Source of the DNA: Octopus vulgaris
Lineage: Eukaryota
Length of the DNA stretch: 64,000 nt
Assembly: GCA_951406725.2 (NCBI GenBank)
Contig: OX597831.1
Location: 77,252,001-77,316,000, forward strand
Direction: 5' to 3'
Positions 1 to 14,310 of the stretch are shown here, in pieces. The notes under the pieces are model-generated. The model had not been told where the DNA came from. It was given only the letters and a program-made list of their open reading frames with translations, and searched no databases. The stretch's first letter is position 1. Every line of letters begins with the position of its first letter. Both the position numbers and the translations under genes were made by a program.

Positions 1-189
1 AAGATATATAAACGACCTACAATATGTAAGGGAAAATAATAGAAAATACACAAAAATTGCAGTAGAAAAGAAGCAATCTATTCAGCTAATGTAATGGTTC
101 GTTGCACTGGCTTAATGTCTTGGTTCGGCTGCCGTCCGTGCAACATCTATATTCCTCCCTGTGTCTGTTATATCTTGTATCCCTGACGT

Positions 190-530
190 AAGGCTTTATT
201 TCCACACAAGCCAACTTAATTTAATTCGTCCTTTGTCGAAAGACACCTGTTGTTATGTCCTGTTATTTGTATTTGTGTAACATTCACCGCTTTTTATCCG
301 TCCTTGTTTTCGTATACATTCGCTGCTTTCTTCTAAGGAATCTAATGCTCTTAGCTTAGTTTTTCCTTGGGGCTTGCCAGATTGGAACAATCTCGAGTAT
401 AACCAGCCGAAACTGCAAAGGCAATCTGGAACTCGACTGAAGAAAGAAAACTCCGAATGAGCCATCCTTGTTTTCTTTGTATCGTCTGTCTGGATGTTTC
501 TTGTTCTCGTCCCATTTTGTATTTTTTATA
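190..530 (+). mobile_element. Remnant of dispersed TA-associated repeat 'family A' (probable Penelope-like pseudo-LTR derivative)
   Basis: Blocks such as GGAATCTAATGCTCTTAGCTTAGTTTTTCCTTGGGGCT and GACTGAAG...CGAATG recur reverse-complemented at about 3007-3121, 18402-18760, 36735-37030 and 52753-52897, each next to (TA)n. The class is inferred from context only. Confidence 0.45.
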
Positions 531-608
531 TAGCCATACGTATAACGGCGTACATACACTTTGGTCTCATATATATATATATGAATATACACACACGTAT
601 ATATATAC

Positions 609-1009
<401 letters not shown>

Positions 1010-1111
1010 GAACATATTACTTATGCATAGATATGTGTATATATATATAGACATATAAATGGATATACATAAATATGTACTTGTATAATTCACATCTATT
1101 TACCTACTTAC

Positions 1112-1144
<33 letters not shown>

Positions 1145-1263
1145 AATCTATCTATATCTCTCTCTCTCTATCTACCTACCTACCGACCTACCTACCTACC
1201 TTCATACATACCTACCAACCTACCTACCTACCTACCTACCTACCTACCTACCTACCTACCTAC

Positions 1264-1331
<68 letters not shown>

Positions 1332-2265
1332 TTGTTTGTCCATCTCTCTCCCTATGCTCTCTCATTCTCTCTCTCTTCCTATGCACTCTATCTCTTTATG
1401 AATATATATATATGTGTGTGTGTGTATGCGTATGTATGTGTATATATATATATATATATACACACATACATAAACATATAAAGAGAGACAGAGAGAGAGC
1501 GTTTCCTGGGAACTTACCAATACACTACGTCATTCGTACATCTTCAGCCAACCAAGTCACCAACGAGCCAAGTGATGTGGCCCCAACATAAACACCCGCC
1601 CCCACACCGTTTATTTGTGAGTGTGCATGTGTATATCAATGGGCATGTATTTGTGTATAAATGAGTGGCTGCTATTATGTGTGTGTGTGTGTGTGCGTGC
1701 GTGCGTGCACATGTTGTGTGGCGGTTATAAAGAAGGTGGATGCCAGCCCCAGGTCAGTAACTCTCTAAGCAAGGAGATAGAAAAAGTGACTACGGAAAGG
1801 GTGGGAAGATGAGGGTTACCCAGAGAGCAAACAAACCAACCAGAAAGGTCAACGGGAGAACTCTTCAGGCTGCAAACAAAGGAAGACGAGGAAAAAAAAT
1901 GAGGAAAGAAACGACAAAAATGAAAGAAAAAAGCCATAAAAACAAAAATAAAATATTAAAAAAATTCGATTCAAAAAGTAATAAATAATAACAACAAAAA
2001 GTATTGGAGATATAAATTAAAAACAAGAAAATAAGAATAAAACAAGATAACTAAAAAAATAAAATAAAATGAAATAGGGAAAAAAGCCGTTAGACAAAGT
2101 AGGTTAGATAAAATCGGGTAGGCAGGTGAAGTGGCGTTGATTAACTTACAGGTAGAAGATAGACTGTTAGTTGTCAGGTAAGATTATCATGATATTGAAC
2201 ATTTAACGGTCCGGTAAAGAGGTTACACAGACATATATATCTATACTTATATACTTACATACTTA

Positions 2266-2416
<151 letters not shown>

Positions 2417-2960
2417 GCCTATATAGAGAAATACACCGACACAAACATACACCTACACATATAACAAAATTTATAAATATATATATATATTATACACACA
2501 CTACACACACACAGATGCGTGCACGCGTGTGTATGTGTATCATTATGTCTGTATTTGTCTCCCAACCGGTGTATGGTGTGTATACGTCATCGTAACTTAG
2601 CTGTTCGACAAAACGACTCGAGAGAATTTCGCTGTGTGTATATTACTTTTCACTGTGTGAAGTTCAATACTGGTGTTAGAGTTCGAAAACCCCTCAAATT
2701 TTCTGTCATTGTTCTTGAACGTTGGTTTTCCATTTCGACACTCCTACGAGCGTTCGTAACCTCGTTACTGTTGTTGTAAAGACACCGTTAAACAGTGGGG
2801 TGGGGGGATGGGTATCCTCGTGTTATGTCCCGCATTATGACGACGTATGCTGTCGTCTCTACAGGAATGGCTCATACACGTACCTGGCTGACTGACACTA
2901 CTGACTCAGTCAGTTCATTACTCATCAATAGTGGATCAGCCCACTTCTCACCACAACGGC

Positions 2961-3009
<49 letters not shown>

Positions 3010-3117
3010 AACTGGGACAAGAACGTAAAACATTTAGAAGACGATACAAAAAACACGGACGGGACATTCGAAGCCTTCAATCTTCAGTCAAGAACCGGAT
3101 CATCCTCGCAATTTCGG

Positions 3118-3203
<86 letters not shown>

Positions 3204-3217
3204 TGTGTGTGTGTATG

Positions 3218-3255
<38 letters not shown>

Positions 3256-3440
3256 CATACATATATATACACATATATAAATGCATATATATATATATAT
3301 ATATCATGGAATTAAACGGCGGGCATTTTGAACTGGCCATGATGCATATGTGCATATATATGTAGGTATACGTTCGTATATGTAAGTATTCGTATGTTGT
3401 GCTTATATATATATGTATCTATGTTTCTCTTCTGTGTGTA

Positions 3441-3497
3441 TTCTAATGACGAGGCAAAGCATTACTAAATGCAAAGTCAGAAATCCGGGATCCAGAA
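3441..3497 (+). ncRNA. Degenerate hammerhead ribozyme motif
   Basis: ttcta-AUGACGA-ggc..gcatt act aaatgc..gtca-GAAA-ucc g gga-UC-cagaa. The first core base is mutated but the stems are recognisable. Confidence 0.4.
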
Positions 3498-3664
3498 TTA
3501 TCCAGTAATGTTTTACTAGTTTCATCTTGTCTCTTTGTTTTCTCTCCGTGTTGATATTTGGACAATTAAGGTGGTTTTTAGAGTCAGATCATGGCTGCTA
3601 TTTTCAGCATGGTGGTATCTCGTAGATACCCTAATTTATAATTTTATATAAATATATATATATA

Positions 3665-3815
3665 GTTCAAATTTACAGAAAACAAGAGATGAAGACAGCT
3701 GTAGGAACAAAAAGCAAGTGCATTAGTTTAACGCTCGGGAAGAATGGAAAAATCTTTTACGTTTCAAGCCTACGCTCTTCGATGGAAAAGACTAAGAGGA
3801 AGAAAATGGAGATAG
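3665..3815 (-). mobile_element. 'Family B' short element with decayed hammerhead (3754-3790)
   Basis: Minus strand ctttt-CCAUCGA-agagc gtag gctt-GAAACGUA-aaag followed by ccgagcgttaaactaat. Homologous to the copies at 36431, 52150 and 59273. Confidence 0.5.
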
Positions 3816-3824
3816 AAATATATG

Positions 3825-3900
<76 letters not shown>

Positions 3901-4466
3901 GGGGGGAGACTCTTTATCTTTGTGTGTATGTGAGAATGTTTTTTAAGTGTGTTCAAGATTGGCGCCAGAGAGTGCGCTAAGAAATGTTTTGCAGTACTTT
4001 AGTTCTGAGTTCTGGGTCCAACCCCTTCTGGGAAAGATGTTTACTCCTTTATCTTACCCAATGACGATAAATAAATATACAAATATCAGTCAAAGATATA
4101 CAATGACTATATACACTTCTTCAAAATATTTATCATCTTGCGTCCGTCTCATATAACATATTAGAAACAATATTTTCAACAACAATAACAAAAATGTGAT
4201 CAGATTAAAAAGGAACGAGGAAAGAAACATGCTTTCTAAACAAGGAAGGAAGTGTCTGCCATAGAACTTTCAACGTTACAAAATAACGGCTGATTGTTCA
4301 AGAACAATTCTTCTGCAATATAAGCTGAAAGATAAAGTAACAAAGGTTCGTGAAGGAATTCAACAAGTCTAAGAAGCCGTGGCTTGAATCTAAGACATAG
4401 ATTCCAACATTCAGACAATGTAGTAATAGCGCCATCACCGCTACCATCACCACCACCACCACCACC

Positions 4467-4546
<80 letters not shown>

Positions 4547-4834
4547 TGGTGATGATTTCTTTTTAATAATGTTAAGTTTGGTTTTGTGGTGCGACAACAA
4601 AATGTATAAAACTGTTACAGCTAATAGTACAAAGTAAAACAAAACCACAAAACCACAAAACCACACACACACACACAAAAACCACTAAAACCAGAATCCA
4701 GAGTTACTAGTAAACTATTAAGTCTTTTAGTGCTTCTAATTATTTGGAATGGTTCTTTCTGACACCCTTTTATGTTCGGAAACCAGGTCAATGCACTTTA
4801 GAGAACTGTTACGTACAAGATAAATTCCAGAAGT

Positions 4835-5932
4835 TATGAGACCTTTTCAGAAGTTTAAAACTCTAATCTCCTTTAGATTAGGATCATCTGACTTCAATGC
4901 ATTATTGTGGCGGTCCTGCCACTTCGTGATGGCCCCATGGATATCTTCGAAAGTGAAGGCGCGCCGGATTTTTGTCACACTTCTTCTTCATCTTCTTCAG
5001 CTTGGAGACGGACCATAAGTCACAGGAAGGGTAAAGGACAGCTTTGAACCCATTTCTGTCAAGTATTTGGTTACCAGGAATGAATAGTAAATAGGTGAAT
5101 TGTCCAGGTGCAGGTGTCTGGCCATTTGCGGCAAAATCTCTTTCCCAAACCTCAACAAAATCTCCTCCCAAACCTCAACAAAGTACTCTTTGTTGACTGT
5201 CTGGCCAGAGGGAACCTAGTAGATGTCGACGATGCCCTTGCTGTCAAAAAAGGCGATTGTCCTGAACTTCCTGGTGGACTTGCTTTGCCTGGCCTATTGG
5301 TGCTAGCGAAAAAATAGATGCTTAGCTTAAACAAGTTAATCGATAAGCTATCTGAAGCATTTCAGAAGTTTTTGTTTTGGCGTTTTGCACAGTTTAAGTA
5401 AAATCTTTACATCATGGTGATTTTTCAAAATTGTCTTCAAGTCCCGGCTGCATTCTGCAAACTTGTCAGCTGTGACATGATGTGTTTTGTAAGGTTTGTT
5501 CAAACTGCTGCTACAGCCGTCGCCATCAAAACTTCGAGGAAAGCAGGTCAGCTTATCAAATATATCGCCCTTTTCAAGCCTAGCCAGGCTTATGGGCCCG
5601 GTTTCCCGGTTTCTGTGGCGTATGTGTTCCCCCCAGTCTATCGCAGCGTTACTCAAGAAACAGGAAGAAAGAGTGAGAGAATGTTGTGGCGAAAGAGTAC
5701 AACAGGGGTCGCCACCACCCCATGCCGGAGCCTCGTGGAGCTTTTTTAGGAGTTTTCGCTCAATAAACACACACATCACCCGTTCTGAGAATCGAAACCG
5801 CGATCCTCCGACCGCGAGTCCACTGCCCTAACAACTGGGCCATTGCGCCACCACTATTAAATATATAGTATTACAATAATAAGATTATTTTCTCTTAAAA
5901 AAAGTCTCAAAACTTCTGGAATGTCTCATGTA
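4835..5932 (-). mobile_element. Decayed Tc1/mariner (mariner-type) DNA transposon, interrupted by a SINE
   Basis: Imperfect TIRs TATGAGACCTTTTCAGAAGTTT (4835) and AAACTTCTGGAATGTCTCATGTA (about 5910-5932). The minus strand translates to ARQSKSTRKFRTIAFFDSKGIVDIY*VPSGQTVNKEYFVEV (about 5170-5300) and LYPSCDLWSVSKLKK, matching mariner catalytic-domain motifs. Confidence 0.8.
5566..5854 (-). mobile_element. tRNA-derived SINE (family 3, tRNA-Arg-like head)
   Basis: Minus-strand head GGCGCAATGGCCCAGTTGTTAGGGCAGTGGACTCGCGGTCGGAGGATCGCGGTTTCGATTC with A/B boxes. Imperfect 12-bp TSD TATCAAATATAT/TATTAAATATAT. Homologous to the copies at 25901 and 61208. Confidence 0.85.
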
Positions 5933-6746
5933 TGTATGTCATTATTCAGTTTTATTTGAAGGTTTCTTGCCAATAGAGAAAGAGCCGGTTTCTAACCTAG
6001 ATCCAAGCCTCCTTCATTAGAATTCCGACAACATCAACAAGGTACTTTTGTGTGTATATGTGTATACGTGCAGATTTGTATATTTTGTTTTATGTATGTA
6101 TTCCCATGTATACAGTTGCATACCTAGACATGTTCATATATACTTATATTATAGACTTCAGGAAAGTTTTACAGATTTTTACGTATGTATGTGTGTATGT
6201 ATGTATTTGTGTTTTAGTATGTGTACATGTGCGTGTGTGCGTGTGTGTGTGTGTACGTGCGCGCGCATAGTGTGTGTGTCTGCTTGTGTGTGTATAGTGT
6301 GTGTGTAGTGTGTTTGTGTATGCGTGTTTGTGTGTATGTGTGCGTGTGAGTGTGTGTGTACGGTTGTTTGCTACAGGGTGGACTTGAAGCAATGTGATAG
6401 GAAGTGTTTTGCTCAAGAAAACTACGAACCACACAGCTCAGGGAATTCGAAATTACGATGTTGCGATTGTGAGTGCAAAATCCGAAATTCTAAGTCACTA
6501 GCCCTCACTGTTTACTACGGATCTAGCTTAATTCATGGTTGCTTTATAAGTAGAGCAGTTGATTGGTGAAGGAAATGCCCTGCAGGAGGGACCAATAAAC
6601 AAAGGAACAAAGGAACAAAGGATTCACCTACCTTTTCCATCTCACATGAATAATTCTGTTGGATATTTCTGAAAAGATATCGGGAAAAGTATGCGCACGA
6701 AGAAGAGAATGTGTGTGTATGAGAGTGAGTGTGTGTGTGTGTATAA

Positions 6747-6781
<35 letters not shown>

Positions 6782-6944
6782 AGAGAAAGAGAGAGAGAGA
6801 GTGAGAGAGAGAGTGTGTGAAACAGAAAGAAAGAGACAGAGATAGAGATAGAAATAGTCAGACTGACAGAAAGATAGTTACGTAGATAGACAGATAGATA
6901 GAAAGAGGGACACAGAAAGCGAGAGAGAGAGAGAGAGAGAAAGT

Positions 6945-6996
<52 letters not shown>

Positions 6997-7426
6997 CCAG
7001 TGGAAGAGTATAAATGAAGAGTTTAGTAACTTTGGAGGTTAAGTGTGGGATGCTTTCTTTGAAAGCAATAGAAATGACATTGCTAGAGCCAGTCCCCGAA
7101 ACGACCTCATTCGCTTGGTATAGATGTATGCATAGCAGTCTGTTTGGTGGAGTGAAAGCTAAGTAGGTTCGCCAGATATCTACCTCGTGAATTCTGTGTG
7201 GATTTGTTTGAAAACCAGATAGTAAATGTAGAGGCTTTCTCCAAGGATTGGTGGTTCTGACTGCTCACGAAACTGGAATGGCTGAGAAGAAGAGGAAACG
7301 AGCATGGAGGCCAAACGGTAGATCTCCTTTCAGCAAGAGGCGAAATAGAATCGGCTGCTGTTAGGAAGCGCAAAAGCTGTGGGGTTTCTGCAACTCATGA
7401 AGATATCTTGCACGCACCCGATAGAT

Positions 7427-7905
7427 TAATAATTCTCAACCGGGGTCTATATCAGTGTTTCCCAACCTATTTTCCCCCAGGCCCTATTAAAACCTTCCAG
7501 AAAAATCTATACCCCACAGGTAGGTGGAAACAAAATTTATTTTTAATATTTTAATACGAAAGAATCTACCAGTAACTCTGCTGAGTGCAAAAAAGTACAT
7601 TATTGGTTAAGAAAAAGGTGAGCCACTTTAACGAGAACCTTGTGTCTGACAACTACAGCCTCACGCTCCACCACATTTTCCCAGGCCCCATCGATGGTGC
7701 ATTTGCCCCACGTTGGAAATCACTAGTCTATATGATACCTGGGGTTTCATATAAAATTTTATTGTTAGAATTTCTGTGCACTCAATAGGTTATAGTTCTA
7801 CAACAGACAAAGTATTTTAATTAAAAAAAATATAATAGCATTTTTTAAATCACCGAATAGCTAAGAGGGTCAATAGGTAAAACAAAAAGGGGTTGAGTAC
7901 CGCTG
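7427..7905. mobile_element. Non-autonomous hAT MITE (outer)
   Basis: Ends TAATAATTCTCAACC...GGTTGAGTACCGCTG resemble CAGTGGTTCTCAACC-type hAT TIRs. 8-bp TSD CGATAGAT/CGATAGAG. Confidence 0.7.
7453..7725. mobile_element. Non-autonomous hAT MITE (inner, nested)
   Basis: TIRs CAGTGTTTCCCAAC / GTTGGAAATCACTA. Perfect 8-bp TSD GTCTATAT at 7445-7452 and 7726-7733. Confidence 0.85.
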
Positions 7906-8077
7906 CGATAGAGGGCCATGAAGTAGTAACGGTGTAGTGTCAGAAATATCTTGCTTGTCGGGATTGGTTAATATCTCTTCATTAAAATCATATTTAAGCA
8001 CCAAATAAGCAAAATCTTCGGCCTAGTTTCACTTCCCAGCCACGCCTAATGTGAATTGTTATTGGTGTTGCTTAACA

Positions 8078-8295
8078 AGGCGATGATCTGGCAGAATTGT
8101 TAGTGTGCCGGACAAAATGCTGAGCAGTATTTCATCGGGTTCTTTAAGTTCTGAGCTCAAAGTCTGTCGAGGTCGACTTTGCCTTTCATTTTTTTAGGGT
8201 TCTAGAAAACAAGAATCAGTTAAGCACTGGGCTCAAAGTAATTGAGTCGCCCCTCAACACCCTAAAAATTCAAGGCCTTCTGCTAGAATTTGAAA
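8078..8295 (+). mobile_element. tRNA-related SINE family 2 (GTCGACTTTGCCTTTCATCC central block)
   Basis: CTGGCAGAATTGTTAG...TTCTGAGCTCAAA...GAGGTCGACTTTGCCTTTCAT. Homologous to the copies at 22617, 26390, 34870, 51677 and 60990. Confidence 0.7.
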
Positions 8296-9454
8296 CCACT
8301 GGTGTCGTTTAACCCAAGGTCAGCTCTGATCAGGCATATTTATTATCAACGATGTTTCAGTTGTGACATTACCGCCATCTTGTGTTCTGTTACTCCAGGC
8401 ATTGTGGGTAATAATATGTGTAGCGATGGTGGTTGTCACATGAGTCGTTTAGTCTGCATCTGTGTGTGTGTGTGTGTGTGTGTGGTTAGAGTGATGCAAG
8501 TAAAATTAAATATTGATGGATGAGAGAGGCCTTCTTACATAAATAACACGCCGAGAGAATAGAGGGAGAGAGAGAGAGAGAGGAAGAGAGGGAGAGGGAG
8601 AGGGAGCAAGAGAGAGACAGAGAGAGGAGAAAGAGGAAGAGAATGAATGATGGAGTGAGTGAAAGAGACAGAAGGGGTGAGAGAGAGAGAGAGAGAGAGA
8701 CACTGGAAAAGAAAGAGAGAGTAGTAAGTGAGAGACACAGAAAGAGGGACTGAGAGAGACAAGGAGAGAGTGGTAGAGAGTGAGTGAGTGTGTGTGAGAG
8801 AGGAAGAGAACGGCATACATTCACACACTTATCAATACACCGAAACACACGCACTCACACACACACACGTTTAACCATGTACACACATATTAATCACACA
8901 CACACACACACACACACACACTGTCACACGCACGTATGCACATATAGCTAAAGAGAACAGCATGACATACGCACACACACACACACGGCAAAGAAAGAGA
9001 CAGAAAAACACGAACACACAGACACAGAGATGTCAGGGATGCTAAGTCAGAAATGAGAAAAAATACATACATACATATGTATGCACATACATACATTATA
9101 TATAATTACACACACACAAACGCACACACAAACGCACACATGTACACACAGAGACGCGCGCACACACACACAAACACACACACACACAGACATGTATATG
9201 TATATGCACAGGACAAGTTATTCATACATACATACGTATGCCAGACACACCAGCTATTAGCAACACATATAAGCACTGACCTATATCTACAAGCAAAGAC
9301 AGGCATGGCTGAATGGCTAAGAAGTCTGGCCCGCAATCATGAAGTCGCGGGATCGATCACCATTCACGGCATCTTGGTCAATTTTTCTTTCTTTCTTTCT
9401 TTTTTTTTTACTTTAATTTCGTTTCGAGTTGAGTCGAATAGAAACGTACCCACA

Positions 9455-9608
9455 GGCGCAGGAGTAGCTGTGTGGTAAGTAATTTGCTTACCAGCCACAT
9501 GGTTCTGGGTTCAGCCCCACTCCGTGGAACCTTTGGTAAGTGTTTTCTACTATAGCCTCCAACCGACCGAACCCTTGTGAGTAGATGGAAGCTGAAAGAA
9601 GATCGTCC

Positions 9609-9670
<62 letters not shown>

Positions 9671-9903
9671 ATATATATGTATATATGTATGTATGTATGT
9701 ATGTATGTGCGTCGTTGTCCGCCTACCATCGCTTGACAACCGATGCTGCTCTGTTTCCGTCCCCGTAACCTAGCTGCTCGGCAAAAAGGGACCGATAGAA
9801 TAAGTACTAGGCTTACAAAGAATGAGTCCTGGGGTAGATTTCTCCGACTAAAGGCGGTGCACCAGCATGGCCACAGTCGAAATGACTGAAACAAGTAAAA
9901 GAA
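9455..9903 (+). mobile_element. tRNA-derived SINE family 1 (CORE-like block, internal microsatellite; resembles octopus OR-type SINEs)
   Basis: Head GGCGCAGGAGTAGCTGTGTGGTAAG...GGGTTCAGCCCCAC, internal (TA)n/(TATG)n, tail ...GACTGAAACAAGTAAAAGA. At least seven copies occur in the window. Confidence 0.85.
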
Positions 9904-9960
9904 TGTTGGGGGGGGGGGGACAAACACAGACACACAAACATATACACATATTTATATATA

Positions 9961-11148
9961 ACTTAGAATAACTTAGAAAGGTTTCGGCCAGTATTGGCCC
10001 AGGCCATGTCTAACTTAATAGCACCACTTGGTGAAGTCTTTCAATTCAGGATTTGGGTACCAAGGACCATTCGAGCAGAGAGTTATTGTTTGCGGAGATA
10101 TATCCGGGTGTGGGTGGTTTGTCCGGGACTGCTTGGAGGATTTTGTCCAAAGACTTCTTGAATTTTGTGTGGTCAGTTTCTGTTTTGACATATCCTGGAG
10201 TAATGTTGAAGAAAGCGAGGCCAATTGAGGTGAAATAATTGTGCCGTATTGTTGTTATGAGATGCGATTTAGTTTTTTGTTGTGGACGGATGGCACGGGG
10301 TCCAAGACTTGAGTGTATTTTGAAGGTGATGTCAACATCATTTGGACAGTGCTGAATGGAATATTTTCCACACCATACAAATAATGTATCGTTCACGGCG
10401 TCGTTGGAGTGAATAGAGTGTCAGCTTTTCTAGTCGACCCCAGTAGTCGAGGTCTGACATGCCATCTGTCTTTTTCGTGATTGACCTTTCGGGGAGCTTT
10501 AAATTTCATAATGTTTTGTTTCGTGTGGGGAGACCACAGTGGACAGCAGTATTCAAGGTAGGGTCGGGCAAAAGTGGAGAAAAGAAGGATAACGGTGTGA
10601 GAATCTCTCGACTGGAAAGTTCTGAGAATACAGGGACACATTCTGCGGGCCATGTCAACTTTGCCGCTTATATGTGTAGCTCAGCTTATGTTGTTGTCCA
10701 CAGTTACTTCCAAGTCTCTGATGTTGTTAGATGCCTTAAGAATTTCACCAGAACGAAGGGAGTATGGGAGTTTCAGAGCGTCCTCCCTTCCAAAGTGAAT
10801 CAGTTCGAATTTGTATTCGTTTAGCAACATGTTGTTCTTTTCCACCCATTGGACAACAGCCGTTGATGATCTTCTGGGGCTTGGTATCATCAGCGAAGAT
10901 TTTGATGTAACTGTGTTTGATGATATCAGTAATGTCATTAATATAGATTGATGAAGAGAAGTGGGCCCAACACAGTGCCTTGTGGGACACCCCTACTGAC
11001 TTTGGGTAGGCTGGATTTTACTCCTTCGACTACAACATGTTGGATTCTACTTGACAGGAAGCACTTGATCCACTGCAGCAGCTTTCCAGTGACACCAATA
11101 TTGGACAGCTTTCTCAAAAGGATCTTATGATCAACCCTGTCAAAGGCC
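9961..11148 (-). pseudogene. 5'-truncated, frameshifted CR1-like LINE (reverse transcriptase C-terminal half plus 3' end)
   Basis: AFDRVDHKILL, GVPQGTVLGPLLF, YINDI, IFADDTK, RPYLEYCCPLWSPH and PDKPPTPGY occur in successive minus-strand frames. The 3' end has a GGCC..GGCC hairpin and a duplicated TTCTAAGT tail. Confidence 0.9.
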
Positions 11149-11421
11149 ACGACAGGCTTCTTTCAGTTTCTGTCTACCAGATCCACTGACAAGGCTTTGG
11201 TCGGCCTAGGCTATAGTAGATTACACCTGCCCAAGGTGGGACTGAACCCGGAAATATGTCGTTGATAAGCAAACTACTTACCACATAGCCACAGCTGCAC
11301 TTATATATATGGTCGGCTCGAGGGTAAAGTAGAAGATACTTGCCCAAGTTACCACTCAGTGGGGCTGAACCCAAAACCATGTAGTTTGGATGCAAGCTTC
11401 TTACCACATAGCCGCGCCTGC
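11149..11421 (-). mobile_element. SINE family 1, two tandem 5' halves
   Basis: Reverse complement of the family-1 head and core occurs twice (about 11149-11300 and 11310-11421). Confidence 0.75.
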
Positions 11422-11618
11422 GCCTTTATATATGTATGTAATTGTTATGCGTATGCGTATGTGTGTGTATGTGTGAACGAGAGTGAGAAACTCAGATTAG
11501 CGAATCAAGTAAAGTCAATCATGAATATATATTATTCACCTCCAAGAGTTTCGGTATTTTCGCGCTTAAATGCAATTTACATCAGCATCAAAGCATCACA
11601 CACATATGCATCTTTATA

Positions 11619-11679
<61 letters not shown>

Positions 11680-11729
11680 GATGCATGTATATATGTGTAT
11701 ATATATATGTATATATATGTGTACATATA

Positions 11730-11793
<64 letters not shown>

Positions 11794-12214
11794 TGCATGT
11801 ATATAGGTATATATGTATATGTATGTGTGTGCGTACATATAAATGTATATATGTATATACATGCACGTACGGATACAGGTACATGTGTTTATTTATATAC
11901 ATATATATCTATCTATCTATCTATCTATCTATATATATATATATATATATAATTAGAGAGAGAGAGAGAGAGATACTAACTGTGCACACGTGTCGGTGTG
12001 TACATATACACAGACGCATACACATACGCTCGCACGCTCACACACACATGCACACGTATAAATGCGCACATATGTGTGTGCGTGTGATGCTGTATGCAAC
12101 GCGAATGCACAGTACGTATTGCATGTGTGTGTGTGTGTGTGTGTGTGTACACCGTTTTTTGCAAACAACCAGAAAACAACCGGCCACAGTGATTGCCGTA
12201 GAATGGAGAAGAAC

Positions 12215-12259
12215 GGGAGCGGGGAGCGGGGGGAGGGGAGCGGGGAGCGGGGGGTGGGG
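12215..12259 (+). other. G-quadruplex-forming motif
   Basis: GGGAGCGGGGAGCGGGGGGAGGGGAGCGGGGAGCGGGGGGTGGGG contains seven G>=3 runs with 1-3 nt loops. Confidence 0.6.
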
Positions 12260-13227
12260 CAACTCCGGCAACAGCAGCAGCAGCAACAAAAATTAAGGCC
12301 AACAACAACAACAACAACAACAACAACATCATCAACAGCAAGATGAACTATAACTAAACTAACAACAACAGTAACAAAAGAAAAAAAAAGACTAAAAACA
12401 GCTAAAATAAAGCCAGGCTTCGAAATGTAACTTGGCTGTCTTTTTGTCTTAGTTTTTTTCCTACTTGTTTTCTATTTTTTTTCTTTTTTATAGTTTGCTT
12501 TGCTCTTTTCGTCAGCGGGGTGGCTATGGGTGGAGGGCTGGGTGTTGCTGTATTTTTATTTCATGCCTTTTTTTTTCTAAAAAAAAAAAAAATAATAATA
12601 AATTCGCTTGTCTTTCTCAACGCTTTATCGTTTCTTTTTTTTTGCTCTAAATTATTTTTCTGTTTTTTTTTGTGTTTAGTTTTTACAGTCAATATTTTTT
12701 CGACGCTCGATCTGGATTATATCTAACACCTCTTTCAATATATATACATACATATATTTGTATTTATGTATGTATGTATATGTATATACACATCTATGTT
12801 ATTATCATTATTATCATTATTATAAGGAGTGAGTGGCCTACATTAATGCCAGCGCATGGTTTCTATGGAAATTATAAGGTAAGTGAACGAAGCTAATTTA
12901 TCAGAACGTTGCCAAAACTAAAAAGGAACTAAAATAGAAAAAAAAATACAAAAAAATGAATGAAATGAAATATAAAATAGAAAAATAATTACAGTGCAAA
13001 ATAAAAGAAAAAATAGAAAAAATATAAAAAAATATAAATGGAATGATTACGTAATATTGTTAAGATTATATATATATATATATAAATGTACGTTCTTATA
13101 TGATTTTTATTCGGATATAAATGTAGATACTCACTTCTTGATAAAGAGTAAATATATTTATTATAATTTATTATAATGTAATAGGCATATATACGAGCAT
13201 ATATATGTGTGTGTGTATGTGTGCATA

Positions 13228-13264
<37 letters not shown>

Positions 13265-13316
13265 ATGTAGGTACGTACATGTATGTTTGTATGTATGCAT
13301 ATATTTTTATTTATTA

Positions 13317-13361
<45 letters not shown>

Positions 13362-13740
13362 GATATATTTATATATGGATAACACACTTCACTATATTTT
13401 TATGCCTCAGATATCTCGATAACAACCGCACAAAATAAAACGGACAGCAGATATGCATGTATTATATACACGCACACACAAACGCACACATGCACACACA
13501 CACGTGTATATATATGTGCGTGTGAGTGTGTGCAGATCTCTCTCTCTTTCTTTCTCTGCATATATATATATATTTACAATGTATATCCATAAGCCGCGCT
13601 TTTCAAGAACTCCGGCGACCACCTTCTTTCACTGTGAGTGAAAGTAGTCTCGGAATCAAAATGTCTTTCGAACGCTTCCCAACACCCCTTCTGGCAGACC
13701 AACTCCGTTTTCGTGTATATTTATGAGGGAGGAAAAGGGA

Positions 13741-13773
13741 CAGACAGATAGATAGATAGACAGATAGAGAGAG

Positions 13774-13812
<39 letters not shown>

Positions 13813-13822
13813 CAAATAGATG

Positions 13823-13854
<32 letters not shown>

Positions 13855-13937
13855 TAGATTGATAGATAGACAAATAGATAGATAGATTGATAGATAGATA
13901 GATAGATAGATAGAGAGAGAGATTGATAGATAGACAA

Positions 13938-13990
<53 letters not shown>

Positions 13991-14020
13991 TTGATAGATA
14001 GATAGATAGATAGATAGATT

Positions 14021-14058
<38 letters not shown>

Positions 14059-14060
14059 TT

Positions 14061-14134
<74 letters not shown>

Positions 14135-14211
14135 CAAATAGATGGAGAGAGAGAGAGAGATAGATAGATAGATTGATAGATAGACAAATAGATAGATAGA
14201 TTGATAGATAG

Positions 14212-14245
<34 letters not shown>

Positions 14246-14261
14246 ATTGATAGATAGACAA

Positions 14262-14298
<37 letters not shown>

Positions 14299-14310
14299 AA
14301 GAGAGAGAGG
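13741..14310. repeat. Compound (GATA)n/(GA)n microsatellite with recurring variant blocks
   Basis: About 570 bp of GATA/GA with repeated GACAAATAGA and GATTGATA interruptions. Confidence 0.95.

Noticed and set aside
2160-2205. Possible 26-nt microexon (CAG|...CAG|GTAAGA)
   Set aside because: Poor polypyrimidine tract and no supporting neighbouring exons.
7010-7400. Possible LINE remnant on the minus strand (88-aa ORF)
   Set aside because: Only a vague resemblance; no diagnostic motif.
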